Shown: positions 50,681 to 60,504 of the stretch, piece by piece
How the letters are laid out: every line of letters starts with the position of its first letter
Position numbering within the stretch: position 1 is the first letter of the stretch
Source: Alphaproteobacteria bacterium
GTDB lineage: Bacteria; Pseudomonadota; Alphaproteobacteria; UBA828
Assembly: GCA_965221125.1 (NCBI GenBank)
Contig: CBDCRW010000006.1
Location: 64,001 to 128,000, forward strand
DNA: 64,000 nt
Reading direction: 5' to 3'
Program-made: the position numbers and the translations under genes
The notes under the pieces: model-generated
Databases searched by the model: none
What the model was told of the DNA's origin: nothing
What the model saw: only the letters and a program-made list of their open reading frames with translations

Positions 50681-51595
50681 ATGGGCGACGCGATCACCGT
50701 GCACGAGGTGGGGCTCCGCGACGGGCTCCAGAACCAGCCGCGCGTCGTGCCGACCGAGGGCAAGCTCAGGCTGCTCGACGCCCTGCTCGATGCGGGACTC
50801 CGCTCCGTCGAGGCCGCGAGCTTCGTCTCGCCCAAGGCGGTGCCGCAGATGGCGGACGCGGCGGATATCTTCGCCCGGCTGCCGGAAGACCGGGATGTCG
50901 GCTACGAGGCGCTGGTGCCCAACGAGAAGGGATACGAGCGCGCGGTGGATGCCGGGGTCACCACTGTGGCGCTGGTGCTCGCTACCACGGACACTTTCAA
51001 CCGGCGCAACATCAACATGTCGCTGGCGGAGGCGATCCGCGTCAACGAGACGGTGATCCGCCGCGCGAAGGCGGACGGCATCCGCGCCCGCTCCTACCTC
51101 TCCGTGGTCGCCGCCTGCCCCTACGAGGGCGTGGTGCCGCCGGAGACGGTGCTCGATCTCGCAGCCCGCATGTTCGACGCCGGCGCCGACGAGCTTGCGC
51201 TGGGCGATTCCACCGGGGCGGGCACGCCGCCGCAGATGGCGCACCTCTTCGAGACGCTGGCGCACCGCTACGGGCCGGAGCGCTTGGCCGGCCACTTCCA
51301 CGACACCCGCGCCATGGGTCTCACGCTCACCTGGGTCGCCATCGAGTGCGGCATCCGCAAGTTCGACAGCTCCATCGGCGGCCTCGGCGGCTGCCCCTTC
51401 GCGCCCGGCGCCACCGGCAACCTCGCCACCGAGGACCTGGTGTTCATGCTGAGCGAGGCCGGCTTCGAGACCGGCATCGACGTGGGTGGCCTGCGCCGCG
51501 CCGTCGCTATCGCCGAGGAGCTGACCGGCCAGAGCCTGGGCGGCCGGATCACGCCCTTCCTGGACTCGCAGCAGAAGCGCGCTTTAGCGAGTTAA
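50681..51595 (+). CDS. Hydroxymethylglutaryl-CoA lyase family
   Basis: [44 protein letters not shown]. Confidence 0.92.
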   Translation: MGDAITVHEVGLRDGLQNQPRVVPTEGKLRLLDALLDAGLRSVEAASFVSPKAVPQMADAADIFARLPEDRDVGYEALVPNEKGYERAVDAGVTTVALVLATTDTFNRRNINMSLAEAIRVNETVIRRAKADGIRARSYLSVVAACPYEGVVPPETVLDLAARMFDAGADELALGDSTGAGTPPQMAHLFETLAHRYGPERLAGHFHDTRAMGLTLTWVAIECGIRKFDSSIGGLGGCPFAPGATGNLATEDLVFMLSEAGFETGIDVGGLRRAVAIAEELTGQSLGGRITPFLDSQQKRALAS

Positions 51596-52239
51596 TCCGT
51601 ACCAAAGAGCCGGTCGCCGGCGTCCCCTAAACCCGGCACGATATAGGCCTTCTCGTTCAGGCAGTCGTCGAGGGAGGCCGCCCACACCTCGACACGCGCG
51701 TGCTTCTCGTTGAAGGCGCGCATGCCCTCGGGCGATGCGACCATGGCCATGAAGCGGACGTTGCCGTCGTCGATGCCGTTCCGGTTGAGCAGGTCGACCG
51801 CGTAGGAGGCGGAGTAGCCGGTCGCCAGCATCGGGTCGACCAGGATGAAGAGGCGGTTCGTGTCCGCCGGCAGCCTCACGTAGTACTCCACGGGGCGGTG
51901 CGTCTTGGGGTCGCGGTAGAGCCCGATGTGGCCGAGCGGCGCGGTCGGCAGCAGTTCCGCCAGCCCTTCCGCCATGCCGAGGCCGGCGCGCAGGATGGGG
52001 ACGATGGCGGGCTTGTGGCCGCGCAGGAAAGGGGCCTCCATCTCCGTCAGCGGCGTCTCGATGGTCCGCGAGTCCATCGGCAGGCCGCGCGTGATCTCGT
52101 AGCCGATGAGCAGCGCGATCTCGCGCAAGAGCGCGCGGAACAGCGGGGTCCACGTCGTCCTGTCGCGCAGGTGGCTCAGCTTGTGCTGCACCAGCGGGTG
52201 GTCGACCAGGTGGAGGTTGGGAAACGGGTTCTCGCTCAT
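51592..52239 (-). CDS. upp: Uracil phosphoribosyltransferase
   Basis: [42 protein letters not shown]. Confidence 0.97.
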   Translation of the reverse strand: MSENPFPNLHLVDHPLVQHKLSHLRDRTTWTPLFRALLREIALLIGYEITRGLPMDSRTIETPLTEMEAPFLRGHKPAIVPILRAGLGMAEGLAELLPTAPLGHIGLYRDPKTHRPVEYYVRLPADTNRLFILVDPMLATGYSASYAVDLLNRNGIDDGNVRFMAMVASPEGMRAFNEKHARVEVWAASLDDCLNEKAYIVPGLGDAGDRLFGTD

Positions 52240-52243
52240 GGGC

Positions 52244-52828
52244 TTATCGGCTCGCTTGCGTTTGGGGGTCGTTGTAGAGCGACGGGACGATCCAGGGCAT
52301 CAGCAGCCGGAAGGGGATCAGCAGCACCGCCGCCATGCCGACCTTGACCCCGAAGTCGCCGAGCGCCCAGGTCACCCACGGCAGTCCGGTCAGCGCGAAG
52401 GCCGCGCTGAAGAAGATGGCGGTATCGAGCGCCGACGCCGACAGCGAGGAGACCAGCGGCGCCCGCCACCAGAGGCCCCGCCTCAGCCGGTGGAAGAGCG
52501 CGATGTCGAAGAGCTGCGCGCAGATGAAGGCGAAGCCCGACGCCAATGCCACGCGCACGCCTTCCCACAGCGGAATGTCCGCCGCCACGGCGAGCACGAT
52601 GGAGAGCCCCATCCCGAACGGGAAGCCCACGTAGGCCACCGTGCGCGCCCGCGCTGGCCCCCACGCCCGGTTGGTGAGGTCGGTCACCAGGAACGCCAGC
52701 GGGTAGGTGAACGCGCCCCAGGTCAGCCAGTCGTTGATCGCGTGCTGGACGGCGACGTTGGAGACCCCGATCACCGCCATCATCGCGGCGATGGGGAGCC
52801 ACAGCGCCGCGGGCACGCTCGCCTTCAT
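52244..52828 (-). CDS. VUT family / queuosine-precursor transporter (YhhQ-like)
   Basis: [34 protein letters not shown]. Confidence 0.85.
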   Translation of the reverse strand: MKASVPAALWLPIAAMMAVIGVSNVAVQHAINDWLTWGAFTYPLAFLVTDLTNRAWGPARARTVAYVGFPFGMGLSIVLAVAADIPLWEGVRVALASGFAFICAQLFDIALFHRLRRGLWWRAPLVSSLSASALDTAIFFSAAFALTGLPWVTWALGDFGVKVGMAAVLLIPFRLLMPWIVPSLYNDPQTQASR

Positions 52829-52902
52829 GGCCGCGGACTATACGGCGCAGGCCCTGCGCGGCCAACGCGCGCGGACACACGGGGGGCTAACGTGCATTGG
52901 GG

Positions 52903-53000
52903 CCGGGCCGCAGGCCCGGACGGCGCGACCGTGCGTCGCACGGTCACGTGCGCAGGCGCACGATGCGCCGAAGGCGCGTAGCGTCGCGCGTCCACGCGCG
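52903..53000. repeat. Array of five back-to-back GC-rich mini-hairpins
   Basis: ccgggcc-gca-ggcccgg; gaccgtgc-gtc-gcacggtc; cgtgcgc-ag-gcgcacg; atgcgcc-gaa-ggcgcgt; cgcgcgt-cc-acgcgcg. Confidence 0.65.
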
Positions 53001-53054
53001 CGGAGCGCACGATCGAGCGGAGTGAGCGCCCGGCGCCTGAGGGAACGACTAAAG

Positions 53055-53345
53055 CTACTCGCTCGCCGCGCGCGCGCTCTTCACCTGGCGCTTGATGCGC
53101 CGCGCACCCTGGGAGAGCCGGTCGTCCGAGGTCCTGAGCAGGTAGTTGTCGAGCCCGCCGTGGCGCTCCACCGTGCGGATCGCGCTGGTCGACACCTTGA
53201 GCCGCACCATCCGCCCGAGCGATTCGCTGTGCAGCGCCTTGTCGTGCAGATTGGGCAGGAACCGCCGGCGGGTCTTGTTGTGGGCGTGGCTCACGTTGTT
53301 GCCGGTCAGGACGCCCTTGCCGGTCAGCTCGCAGCGGCGTGCCAT
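53055..53345 (-). CDS. rpmB: 50S ribosomal protein L28
   Basis: [29 protein letters not shown]. Confidence 0.98.
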   Translation of the reverse strand: MARRCELTGKGVLTGNNVSHAHNKTRRRFLPNLHDKALHSESLGRMVRLKVSTSAIRTVERHGGLDNYLLRTSDDRLSQGARRIKRQVKSARAASE

Positions 53346-53375
53346 GGGTCTCGCTCCGTGCAGGAAAGAGCGGGC

Positions 53376-53404
53376 TATTTAGAGGGTGCACGCGAGTCCG
53401 TCAA
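53376..53404 (-). promoter_or_regulatory. Putative sigma70 promoter of rpmB
   Basis: TTGACG-N17-TAAATA on the minus strand. Confidence 0.55.
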
Positions 53405-53456
53405 GCGCGCGCACCAGCGCGCCACCAGCGTTCGCGCGACGCATTCCCGCCCCGCC

Positions 53457-53484
53457 CTTGACCGTGCGCGCGGAATACCCACAT
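53457..53484 (+). promoter_or_regulatory. Putative RpoH (sigma32) promoter of hslVU
   Basis: CTTG-N17-CCCACAT resembles the alphaproteobacterial RpoH consensus and precedes a heat-shock operon. Confidence 0.65.
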
Positions 53485-53519
53485 GGTGCGGCGCGGCACA
53501 GCGGCTTCGGCAGGAGGAC

Positions 53520-54083
53520 ATGAGCGAGGACGAACGACGCGGCGGGGCGGTGTGGCACGGGACGACCGTGCTTTCCGTCCGCAAGGGGGGCCAGGTGGTC
53601 GTCGCGGGCGACGGCCAGGTCACGCTCGGGCAGACGGTCATCAAGGCGAACGCCCGCAAGGTCCGGCGCCTCGGCGAGGGCAACATCGTCGCGGGCTTCG
53701 CGGGTGCGACGGCGGACGCCTTCACCCTCTTCGAGCGGCTCGAGGCCAAGCTGGAGCAGCACCCCGGCCAGCTCACCCGTGCCTGCGTCGAGCTTGCGAA
53801 GGACTGGCGCACGGACCGCTACCTGCGCCGGCTGGAGGCGATGATGGCGGTCGCCGACGCCGAGGCCTCGCTCGTGCTCACCGGCACCGGCGACGTGCTG
53901 GAGCCGGCGGACGGGCTGATCGGCATCGGCTCCGGCGGCTCGTACGCGCTGGCCGCCGCGCGGGCGCTGATCGATGTGGAAGGCCTCGACGCCGAGGCGG
54001 TCGCGCGCCGCGCCATGGCCATCGCCGCCGACATCTGCATCTACACCAACACCGAGATCGTGCTGGAGAAGATCGGGTCATGA
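53520..54083 (+). CDS. hslV: ATP-dependent protease subunit HslV
   Basis: HGTTVL (N-terminal Thr), [28 protein letters not shown]. Confidence 0.97.
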   Translation: MSEDERRGGAVWHGTTVLSVRKGGQVVVAGDGQVTLGQTVIKANARKVRRLGEGNIVAGFAGATADAFTLFERLEAKLEQHPGQLTRACVELAKDWRTDRYLRRLEAMMAVADAEASLVLTGTGDVLEPADGLIGIGSGGSYALAAARALIDVEGLDAEAVARRAMAIAADICIYTNTEIVLEKIGS

Positions 54084-55390
54084 CGAGCTTCAGCCCTCGC
54101 GAGATCGTCTCCGAGCTCGACCGCTTCATCATCGGCCAGGACGACGCCAAGCGCTCGGTCGCCATCGCGCTCCGCAACCGCTGGCGCCGCCAGCAGCTCG
54201 CGGACGACCTGCGCGAGGAGGTGCTGCCCAAGAACATCCTGATGATCGGGCCGACCGGCGTCGGCAAGACCGAGATCGCGCGGCGCCTCGCGCGCCTCGC
54301 CCAGGCACCCTTCATGAAGGTCGAGGCGACCAAGTTCACCGAGGTGGGCTACGTCGGCCGCGACGTGGAGCAGATCGTCCGCGACCTCGTCGAGGTCTCG
54401 ATCCACATGACCCGCGAGCGCATGCGCAAGGAGGTCGCCGCCAGGGCCGAGCTCAACGCGGAGGAGCGGGTGCTGGACGCGCTCGTCGGCAAGAACGCGG
54501 CCAAGGAGACCCGCGGCAAGTTCCGCAAGATGCTCCGCGACGGCTCGCTCGCCGAGAAGGAGGTGGATATCGAGGTGAGCGAATCCGCGGCCTCGTCGCT
54601 GCCGACCTTCGACATTCCCGGCATGCCGGGCGCCCAGATGGGCATGGTCAACCTCGGCGACATGCTCGGCAAGGCTTTTGGCGAGCAGAAGAAGATCAAG
54701 CGCATGTCGGTCGAGGACTCCTACGAGACCCTGATGGCGGAGGAGAGCGACCGCCTGCTGGATCAGGACGTGGTCGTGCGCAGCGCGCTGGAGAGCGCCG
54801 AGAACGACGGCATCGTCTTCATCGACGAGATCGACAAGATTTGCGCCCGCTCGGACCGCCTCGGCGCCGACGTGAGCCGCGAGGGCGTGCAGCGCGACCT
54901 GCTACCGCTGATCGAGGGCACCACGGTCACCACCAAGCACGGCGCGATCACCACCGACCACATCCTCTTCATCGCGTCCGGCGCCTTCCACCTGGCGAAG
55001 CCGGCGGACCTGCTGCCCGAGCTGCAGGGCCGGCTGCCGATCCGGGTCGAGCTCAGCTCGCTCGCCCGCGACGACCTGAAGAAGATCCTGACCGAGCCCG
55101 AGAACAGCCTGATCCGCCAGTACCGCGCGCTGATGGAGACCGAGAACGTCACCCTCGACTTCAGCGACTGCGCCATCGACGCGCTCTCGGACCTCGCCGC
55201 CGAGGTCAACCGCGCGGTCGAGAACATCGGCGCGCGCCGGCTGCACACGGTGATGGAGAAGCTGCTGGAGGAGATCAGCTTCGAGGCCGCCGACCGCTCC
55301 GGCGAGACCATCACCATCGATGCGGCCTACGTGGAGGCTCACGTGGGCGACCTCGCCAAGGACGCGGACCTCAGCAAGTTCATCCTCTGA
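54080..55390 (+). CDS. hslU: ATP-dependent protease ATPase subunit HslU
   Basis: [48 protein letters not shown] end. Confidence 0.98.
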   Translation: MTSFSPREIVSELDRFIIGQDDAKRSVAIALRNRWRRQQLADDLREEVLPKNILMIGPTGVGKTEIARRLARLAQAPFMKVEATKFTEVGYVGRDVEQIVRDLVEVSIHMTRERMRKEVAARAELNAEERVLDALVGKNAAKETRGKFRKMLRDGSLAEKEVDIEVSESAASSLPTFDIPGMPGAQMGMVNLGDMLGKAFGEQKKIKRMSVEDSYETLMAEESDRLLDQDVVVRSALESAENDGIVFIDEIDKICARSDRLGADVSREGVQRDLLPLIEGTTVTTKHGAITTDHILFIASGAFHLAKPADLLPELQGRLPIRVELSSLARDDLKKILTEPENSLIRQYRALMETENVTLDFSDCAIDALSDLAAEVNRAVENIGARRLHTVMEKLLEEISFEAADRSGETITIDAAYVEAHVGDLAKDADLSKFIL

Positions 55391-55450
55391 TCCGGCGCGC
55401 CCGCCGCTCCGGGCTGCAGGACGAAAGCGGGATTCGGCGGCGGCGTGTTT

Positions 55451-55563
55451 TTGCTGGAAAAGCCGAGATTTTCCGAGACAAGGCGATATATACCGAGACA
55501 AAGTGGGATATTCGAGGGCAAAGAGGTGGGATAATCCGAGACAGTCTGGGACGTTCCCGGATG
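55451..55563. repeat. Degenerate decamer array with about 10-bp periodicity (CCGAGACA / GTGGGATA cores)
   Basis: agccgagatt ttccgagaca aggcgatata taccgagaca aagtgggata ttcgagggca (aag) aggtgggata atccgagaca gtctgggacg ttcccggatg. Confidence 0.65.
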
Positions 55564-55803
55564 CCGCGCGGCCCATGACCTTGGTGAGAAATGCGGCCTG
55601 GGCCGCGAGCGCCTATGCTGTTTCCGCCCGTCGTGGCGTTCTCGTTGCCGTGCTGCATGGCGCGATGATGGCGCACCCGCCGCCCGCCGTGCACCGCACC
55701 ATGGTCCGGGGAAACTTGGCGGAGTCACCCTTGGAAATGCAGTAGGCGACGCCTCTTACTTGTCTTCCAAGCTCTCTGGAAAGGAGGCTTGATGGCGTCT
55801 AGC

Positions 55804-55893
55804 TTATCTGCTCCTAGCGGCGATATGCGCCTCCAGCACCGCCAGCGACGCGCCGAGGCAGTAGTGATTGCCGCGCCCGAATGGAGCCTCCTC
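55804..55893 (-). pseudogene. Cytochrome P450 C-terminal relic
   Basis: Minus strand reads EEAPFGRGNHYCLGASLAVLEAHIAARSR*, the FxxGxHxCxG heme-thiolate signature, with stops on both sides. Confidence 0.7.
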
Positions 55894-56204
55894 TCACTCA
55901 AATCCCAGAGTGCTAATCGGCGCGCGAGTTGGACGCCGATCGGCGTGCTAACTCATTGATCTGGCATGACTCGGTAGGGCTAAAATTGGGCGCCGAACAG
56001 CACATTTGACGTGGCCACGCTGGCGACATAGTGCGTGTACCCCGTCGCCAGCTGCCTGCGGTCCGGCTCCATCGCGGCGATGACGTTGCCCTCGGTTCGA
56101 TCCTCGCAGGGGTGAGCGCTTGAAAATTTCGCGCGATCCAGCAGGGCGCTGCACACCTGCGCGAGCACTGAGCTTGCAGGCGGTAGGGTTGAACAGCAGT
56201 ATCT

Positions 56205-58685
56205 GTGCACGGCTGGATGCCGCGCGTCGCGTGTGCCGTGAGACCGAAAGAGAGCGGAACGATCGACACCTTCTACGCCGATCTCGGCGAGGTCATCGAG
56301 TTCGACGAGCGCCTGGCGGCGCTTTCCGGGCTGATCGAATCGGTGTCCCGGCCCGGCGACTACTGCGTTCATGGGCGCCTGTTCGCCCCGATGCCGCGCA
56401 TCGAGGCCGGCACGGCCGGCGTTCTCTCGTTCCCGATTCCGCAGTCGCAGGCGCAGGCCCTGGTCGCCGATGCGGACCGCGCGCCCTACGGCAGAGGCCA
56501 GGAGACCATCGTCGACCCGTCGGTGCGCGATTGCTGGCAGCTTGCGCCCGCAAGAGTGCGCATAGGAGGCCGGGCCTGGGCCGACACATTCGGCGACATT
56601 CTCGACCGGACCACCGTCGGCCTCGGCTGCCCTGAGGGCGCCGTCACGGCGGAGTTGTACAAGCTCCTGATCTATGAGCCGGGCGGCTTCTTCGCGCCCC
56701 ACCGCGACACGGAGAAGGCGGACGGCATGGTGGCGACGCTGGTCATCTCGCTGCCCGTGCCCGGCGCAGGAGGTGAGCTGGTCATTCGCCACCAGGGCCG
56801 CGAAACCGCGGTCGACATGAGGACCGACGAGCCGTCGGAGCTGGTCTACGCCGCCTTCTACGCGGATTGCGAGCACGAAATTCTTCCCGTCACGGACGGC
56901 CATCGCGTTTGCCTCGTCTACAACCTGATGCTGCAGGACGGGAGCGACGCGCCGTTGGACGCGCCCGACTACGGCGCGGAGATCGACCGTATCGCTGCCG
57001 AACTTGGCGCCAGATGCCGCGATCCCGGCGCAAGCGGGAAGCTGGTCTGGCTCCTGGAGCACGATTACAGCGCGGCGGGCCTCTCGTTCGGCGCGCTGAA
57101 GAACGTGGATGCGGCGATCGGGCGCGTGCTGACGGCGGCGGCGGAGCGCGCCGGTTGCGCCTTGCACGCGGCGATCGTGCGCGTGGAGGAGACGGGTGCG
57201 GGTTGGTACGACGGTCACGCAGACGTGGTCGAGGACGTCGCCGACGACGCGTTCGAGCTCTACGATATCGTCGACGTCGATTGCCGGCTCGACGGTTGGG
57301 CGCGCCCGGACGGTGCTCCTGCTGACTATGGCGATCTCCCGTTGCTGCCGGGGGAGCTGATGCCGGCGGGCCGGCTCGATCCCGGGCGGCCCGACAGCCA
57401 GCGGCTGTTCGAGGCGAGCGGCAACGAGGGCGCGACGATCGAGCGGTTCTACCGCCGCGCGGCCCTGGTCGTCTGGCCGAAGGCGGACAGCGCGCGCCTT
57501 CTGGCGCAGGGCGGTGCAGGCTCTCTTGCGGCGTTTCTTGCGGAAGAGTGGCAGCGGGCCTCGGAGGGCGCGCCGACGTGCGGTCCGATCCGGAACCTGG
57601 CATCCCAGGCGGTGGACCTCTGGCCCTCGTGCGAGTCGCGCCTGAGGCGGTCGGAAGGAGACAGCTGGGAAGGACACAGCGCGCGAGCCCTGGAACTGCT
57701 GTGCTCCATCGGCAACCGGGAGGCCACGGCTCGCTTCCTGAGCGACGTGGTGCTGCCCAACTACGACGGCGAGATGAACCGTGCGCTGGTGGCCGCTGCG
57801 GCCGAAATGGGCGTCGGCGAGACGGGGGCGTTCCTCAGCGCGCTTGCTGCATCCAGGACTTCGCTGCAGCCCGAGGGCATCGTCGACCTCGCGAGCCGGC
57901 TCTGCGAGAGGCTGGACGACGGCAATGACGGAGCCTGGCACGATGCGCTGCGGCAGATGGTCGCGACCGTCTGCACCCGGATGCCCTCGGTTCACCGCCC
58001 GTCGAAGCGCGACGACTACGACGGCTACGTCGACCCGTACCATTGGCACGCGCCCGTCGAGCCCGTCCCCCTGCCGACGGCCACGCTACGGCATTTCTTC
58101 CTCCTGCTTCGACGCTTCGACATGGAACGCGAGGCCGACGCCGCGGCGTCGCTGTTCATAGAACGCGCGGATCTGGTGCCGCCGGACCGCACGATTCCGG
58201 CCCTCATGGAGGCGCTGAGCGCGGAGCGGGGAGAGCCGTTCCGGGCCAGTCCCGCCGTCGGCGCGCTCTGGCTTCACGGCGCGCGGGTCCTGCTGTCGCG
58301 CAGCCGGCTCCCGCCCGCTCCTCCGACGGACTGGATCATCTCGGCGGAAGGCCTGTCCTGCGATTGCGAGCATTGTGCCGAGCTTCGCCGGTTCTGTGCG
58401 GACCCTGGCTCCCAGACCCTGCGCATACCCGTCCGCAAGGAGCTCAGGCGGCACCTGCGGCGTGAAATCGAGCAGGGCAAGATCGACATCGTCTGCGAGA
58501 CCGAGAGGTGCGGCAGGCCGTTCACGCTCGTGTGCGCGAAGACCCGCGGGGCGTTCGAGAGGCGGCTTCGGCAATACGAAGGAGACGTCGCCGCGATGCG
58601 CCGACTGCACGATGCTTGCGGGTCCGTCCCGGGCTCTGCCGACACGGAGCGCGCACTTCGAGACGCGATTGCGAGAACCCACTGA
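56205..58685 (+). CDS. Large 2OG-Fe(II) oxygenase-domain protein (start uncertain)
   Basis: LYKLLIYEPGGFFAPHRD (HxD), GGEL, DCEHEI (distal His), GHRVCLVYNL (2OG-binding Arg); C-terminal CDCEHC. Confidence 0.85.
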   Translation: MHGWMPRVACAVRPKESGTIDTFYADLGEVIEFDERLAALSGLIESVSRPGDYCVHGRLFAPMPRIEAGTAGVLSFPIPQSQAQALVADADRAPYGRGQETIVDPSVRDCWQLAPARVRIGGRAWADTFGDILDRTTVGLGCPEGAVTAELYKLLIYEPGGFFAPHRDTEKADGMVATLVISLPVPGAGGELVIRHQGRETAVDMRTDEPSELVYAAFYADCEHEILPVTDGHRVCLVYNLMLQDGSDAPLDAPDYGAEIDRIAAELGARCRDPGASGKLVWLLEHDYSAAGLSFGALKNVDAAIGRVLTAAAERAGCALHAAIVRVEETGAGWYDGHADVVEDVADDAFELYDIVDVDCRLDGWARPDGAPADYGDLPLLPGELMPAGRLDPGRPDSQRLFEASGNEGATIERFYRRAALVVWPKADSARLLAQGGAGSLAAFLAEEWQRASEGAPTCGPIRNLASQAVDLWPSCESRLRRSEGDSWEGHSARALELLCSIGNREATARFLSDVVLPNYDGEMNRALVAAAAEMGVGETGAFLSALAASRTSLQPEGIVDLASRLCERLDDGNDGAWHDALRQMVATVCTRMPSVHRPSKRDDYDGYVDPYHWHAPVEPVPLPTATLRHFFLLLRRFDMEREADAAASLFIERADLVPPDRTIPALMEALSAERGEPFRASPAVGALWLHGARVLLSRSRLPPAPPTDWIISAEGLSCDCEHCAELRRFCADPGSQTLRIPVRKELRRHLRREIEQGKIDIVCETERCGRPFTLVCAKTRGAFERRLRQYEGDVAAMRRLHDACGSVPGSADTERALRDAIARTH

Positions 58686-58777
58686 CCGAGAAGCGCCATG
58701 CTCCCAACGTCATTCGAGCTGCTCCAGGGATCAACCACGACAGAAGTGTCCACTGATCAGGCGTGGCGCGGGGCAGG

Positions 58778-58800
58778 AGGGTAAGGATTGCGCTTACCCT
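58778..58800. terminator. Stem-loop between the convergent oxygenase and folE genes
   Basis: agggtaag-N7-cttaccct perfect 8-bp stem. Confidence 0.35.
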
Positions 58801-59005
58801 TGAGAGCACCGCGTCTACTGTCAGAACGACACTGGATTGACCGAATGCCAGGCGAGGAGAAAACGACGGAGGAGCTGGCTCGCCATGGCCGACCGACCAA
58901 TCGTCTCCCAAGTGCAACAGGCCGGGTGAGCGGGGCAAGGCTCTCTTCGACCTGCTCGACCGTCATGCGGAGGCGAATGCTGTCGAACCCGTAGCGGAGA
59001 GGCGT

Positions 59006-59659
59006 TCAACCCTCGTGTGGCGCACTCCCCGGAGCGCCGATCATCGACAGGAACTCCCGCCGCGTCGTCGGGTCGTCGCGGAAGCAGCCGAGCATGCGGC
59101 TGGTTACCAGACTGACCCCCGGCTTGCGGATACCGCGCGTGGTCATGCACTGGTGCGCCGCATCGATGACCACGCCGACGCCACGTGGCATGAGCACGTC
59201 CTGGATCGTGTCCGCGATCTGCGATGTCAGCGCTTCCTGGATCTGCATCCGCTTCGCGAAGACCTCGACAACGCGCACGAGCTTGGAGATGCCCACGACC
59301 CGTTCCGCCGGCAAGTACCCGACATGCGCTTTTCCCAGGATGGGAACGATGTGGTGCTCGCAGTGGGATTCGAGGCGAATGTCGCGCAGGACGATCATCT
59401 GGTCACAGGCGGCCGTCTTCTGGAGCGTCGTGGCCAACAGAGCGGCCGGGTCTTCGCCGTATCCGGCGAAGAATTCCTCGTAGGCGCGCACGACACGATC
59501 GGGCGTTCCCTTCAGCCCCTCCCGGTCGGGATCGTCCCCGGCCCACTCGATCAGCGTGCGAACGGCGGCCTCCGCCTCGGCGCGGCGCGGCCGACGACGT
59601 GCTGCCGACCCGCCGCGCGATGGGGTCGAGGTTCGATGCTCGACAACTGTACTGTCCAT
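59006..59659 (-). CDS. folE: GTP cyclohydrolase I (type IA)
   Basis: [44 protein letters not shown]. Confidence 0.95.
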   Translation of the reverse strand: MDSTVVEHRTSTPSRGGSAARRRPRRAEAEAAVRTLIEWAGDDPDREGLKGTPDRVVRAYEEFFAGYGEDPAALLATTLQKTAACDQMIVLRDIRLESHCEHHIVPILGKAHVGYLPAERVVGISKLVRVVEVFAKRMQIQEALTSQIADTIQDVLMPRGVGVVIDAAHQCMTTRGIRKPGVSLVTSRMLGCFRDDPTTRREFLSMIGAPGSAPHEG

Positions 59660-59719
59660 ATCCCGGCCTTTCGTCGATGTCGGGCCGCCCCGGATAGCGG
59701 CTTTTTTGCGAAATACTGC

Positions 59720-59742
59720 GGAATGTTATAATGTATCTTTTC
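59720..59742. promoter_or_regulatory. Putative Zur box
   Basis: GGAATGTTATA-A-TGTATCTTTTC, an imperfect match to the Zur palindrome (AATGTTATA-N-TATAACATT), between divergent folE and zur. Confidence 0.6.
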
Positions 59743-59766
59743 TGCACCGCAAGGTTGAGACAAGCG

Positions 59767-60273
59767 ATGACGAAGCCGCCGACCCGACCCCGGCTCTGCA
59801 CCGATACGGACCGCCGCGGGCGGCGCCCGGCGCGCGAAAGGGTCGCGCTGGCGGTATCGATTTGCGAGAGACGCGGCGTACAGATGACGGCGTTGCGGAG
59901 GCGTGTGCTGGAGCTGCTTTGGGCGAGCGGTCGGCCGACGGGCGCCTACGAGTTGATCGAGGCGATCAAGCCCAGGAATTCGCGTCCGGTCGGGCCGCCG
60001 ACCGTGTACCGGGCACTGGAGTTTCTGATCGCGCAGGGCCTCGTTGCCAGGATCGAAAGCCTGAACGCCTACGTCCCCTGCGCCCATCCCGAGCGAGACC
60101 ACGACTGCCTGTTCTTCATCTGCGGCGGCTGCCGGGTATCGGTCGAGCTCGAGGATCCGCGGATCGGAGGGCTGCTTGCCGAGGATGCCGCCGCGCTCGG
60201 GTTCGTCGCGACACGTCGCACGGTCGAGATCCAGGGCATGTGCGCGCGCTGCGCGGCAGCCGGGGCGGCCTAG
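59767..60273 (+). CDS. zur: Zinc uptake regulator (Fur family)
   Basis: MTALRRRVLELL, GAYELI, PPTVYRALEFL, RIESLNAYVPC, CGGC and CARC. Confidence 0.88.
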   Translation: MTKPPTRPRLCTDTDRRGRRPARERVALAVSICERRGVQMTALRRRVLELLWASGRPTGAYELIEAIKPRNSRPVGPPTVYRALEFLIAQGLVARIESLNAYVPCAHPERDHDCLFFICGGCRVSVELEDPRIGGLLAEDAAALGFVATRRTVEIQGMCARCAAAGAA

Positions 60274-60369
60274 GCGGGAGCGAGGGGCTCCACCCATGGA
60301 GTGCCGGTATCGGGAGGGACCGTCGCGGCGGCCGGGCGTGAGCGCCACCGCTCGGCAGGGAGCGCCGGC

Positions 60370-60504
60370 ATGAAGGCGCGGCACACGCCCTCGATCCGGC
60401 TGCTGCCGCTCGGCGCCAGCGCCCGGCTGCTCGGCGCGGCCCTGATCGTCGCCGCGCTCTGGGGCGCGTTCTTCTGGGCGACGTCCACGCCGGGTGGGCC
60501 ATGA
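60370..60504 (+). CDS. Small membrane protein coupled to the metal ABC ATPase
   Basis: 44 aa with a single TM (RLLGAALIVAALWGAFFWA); stop overlaps the next ATG (ATGA). Confidence 0.55.
   Translation: MKARHTPSIRLLPLGASARLLGAALIVAALWGAFFWATSTPGGP

Noticed and set aside
52829-53054. preQ1 riboswitch upstream of the yhhQ-like gene
   Set aside because: No class I preQ1 stem with an A-rich tail; only GC hairpins, reported separately
55451-55563. CRISPR array
   Set aside because: Units are 10 bp, degenerate and have no unique spacers; no cas genes in the window
55792-55959. 55-aa plus-strand ORF after an AGGAGG lying within a weak hairpin (55748-55799)
   Set aside because: Antisense to the P450 relic and no recognisable protein features
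58686-59005. Short ORFs between the oxygenase and folE
   Set aside because: No motifs, RBS or codon bias supporting any frame
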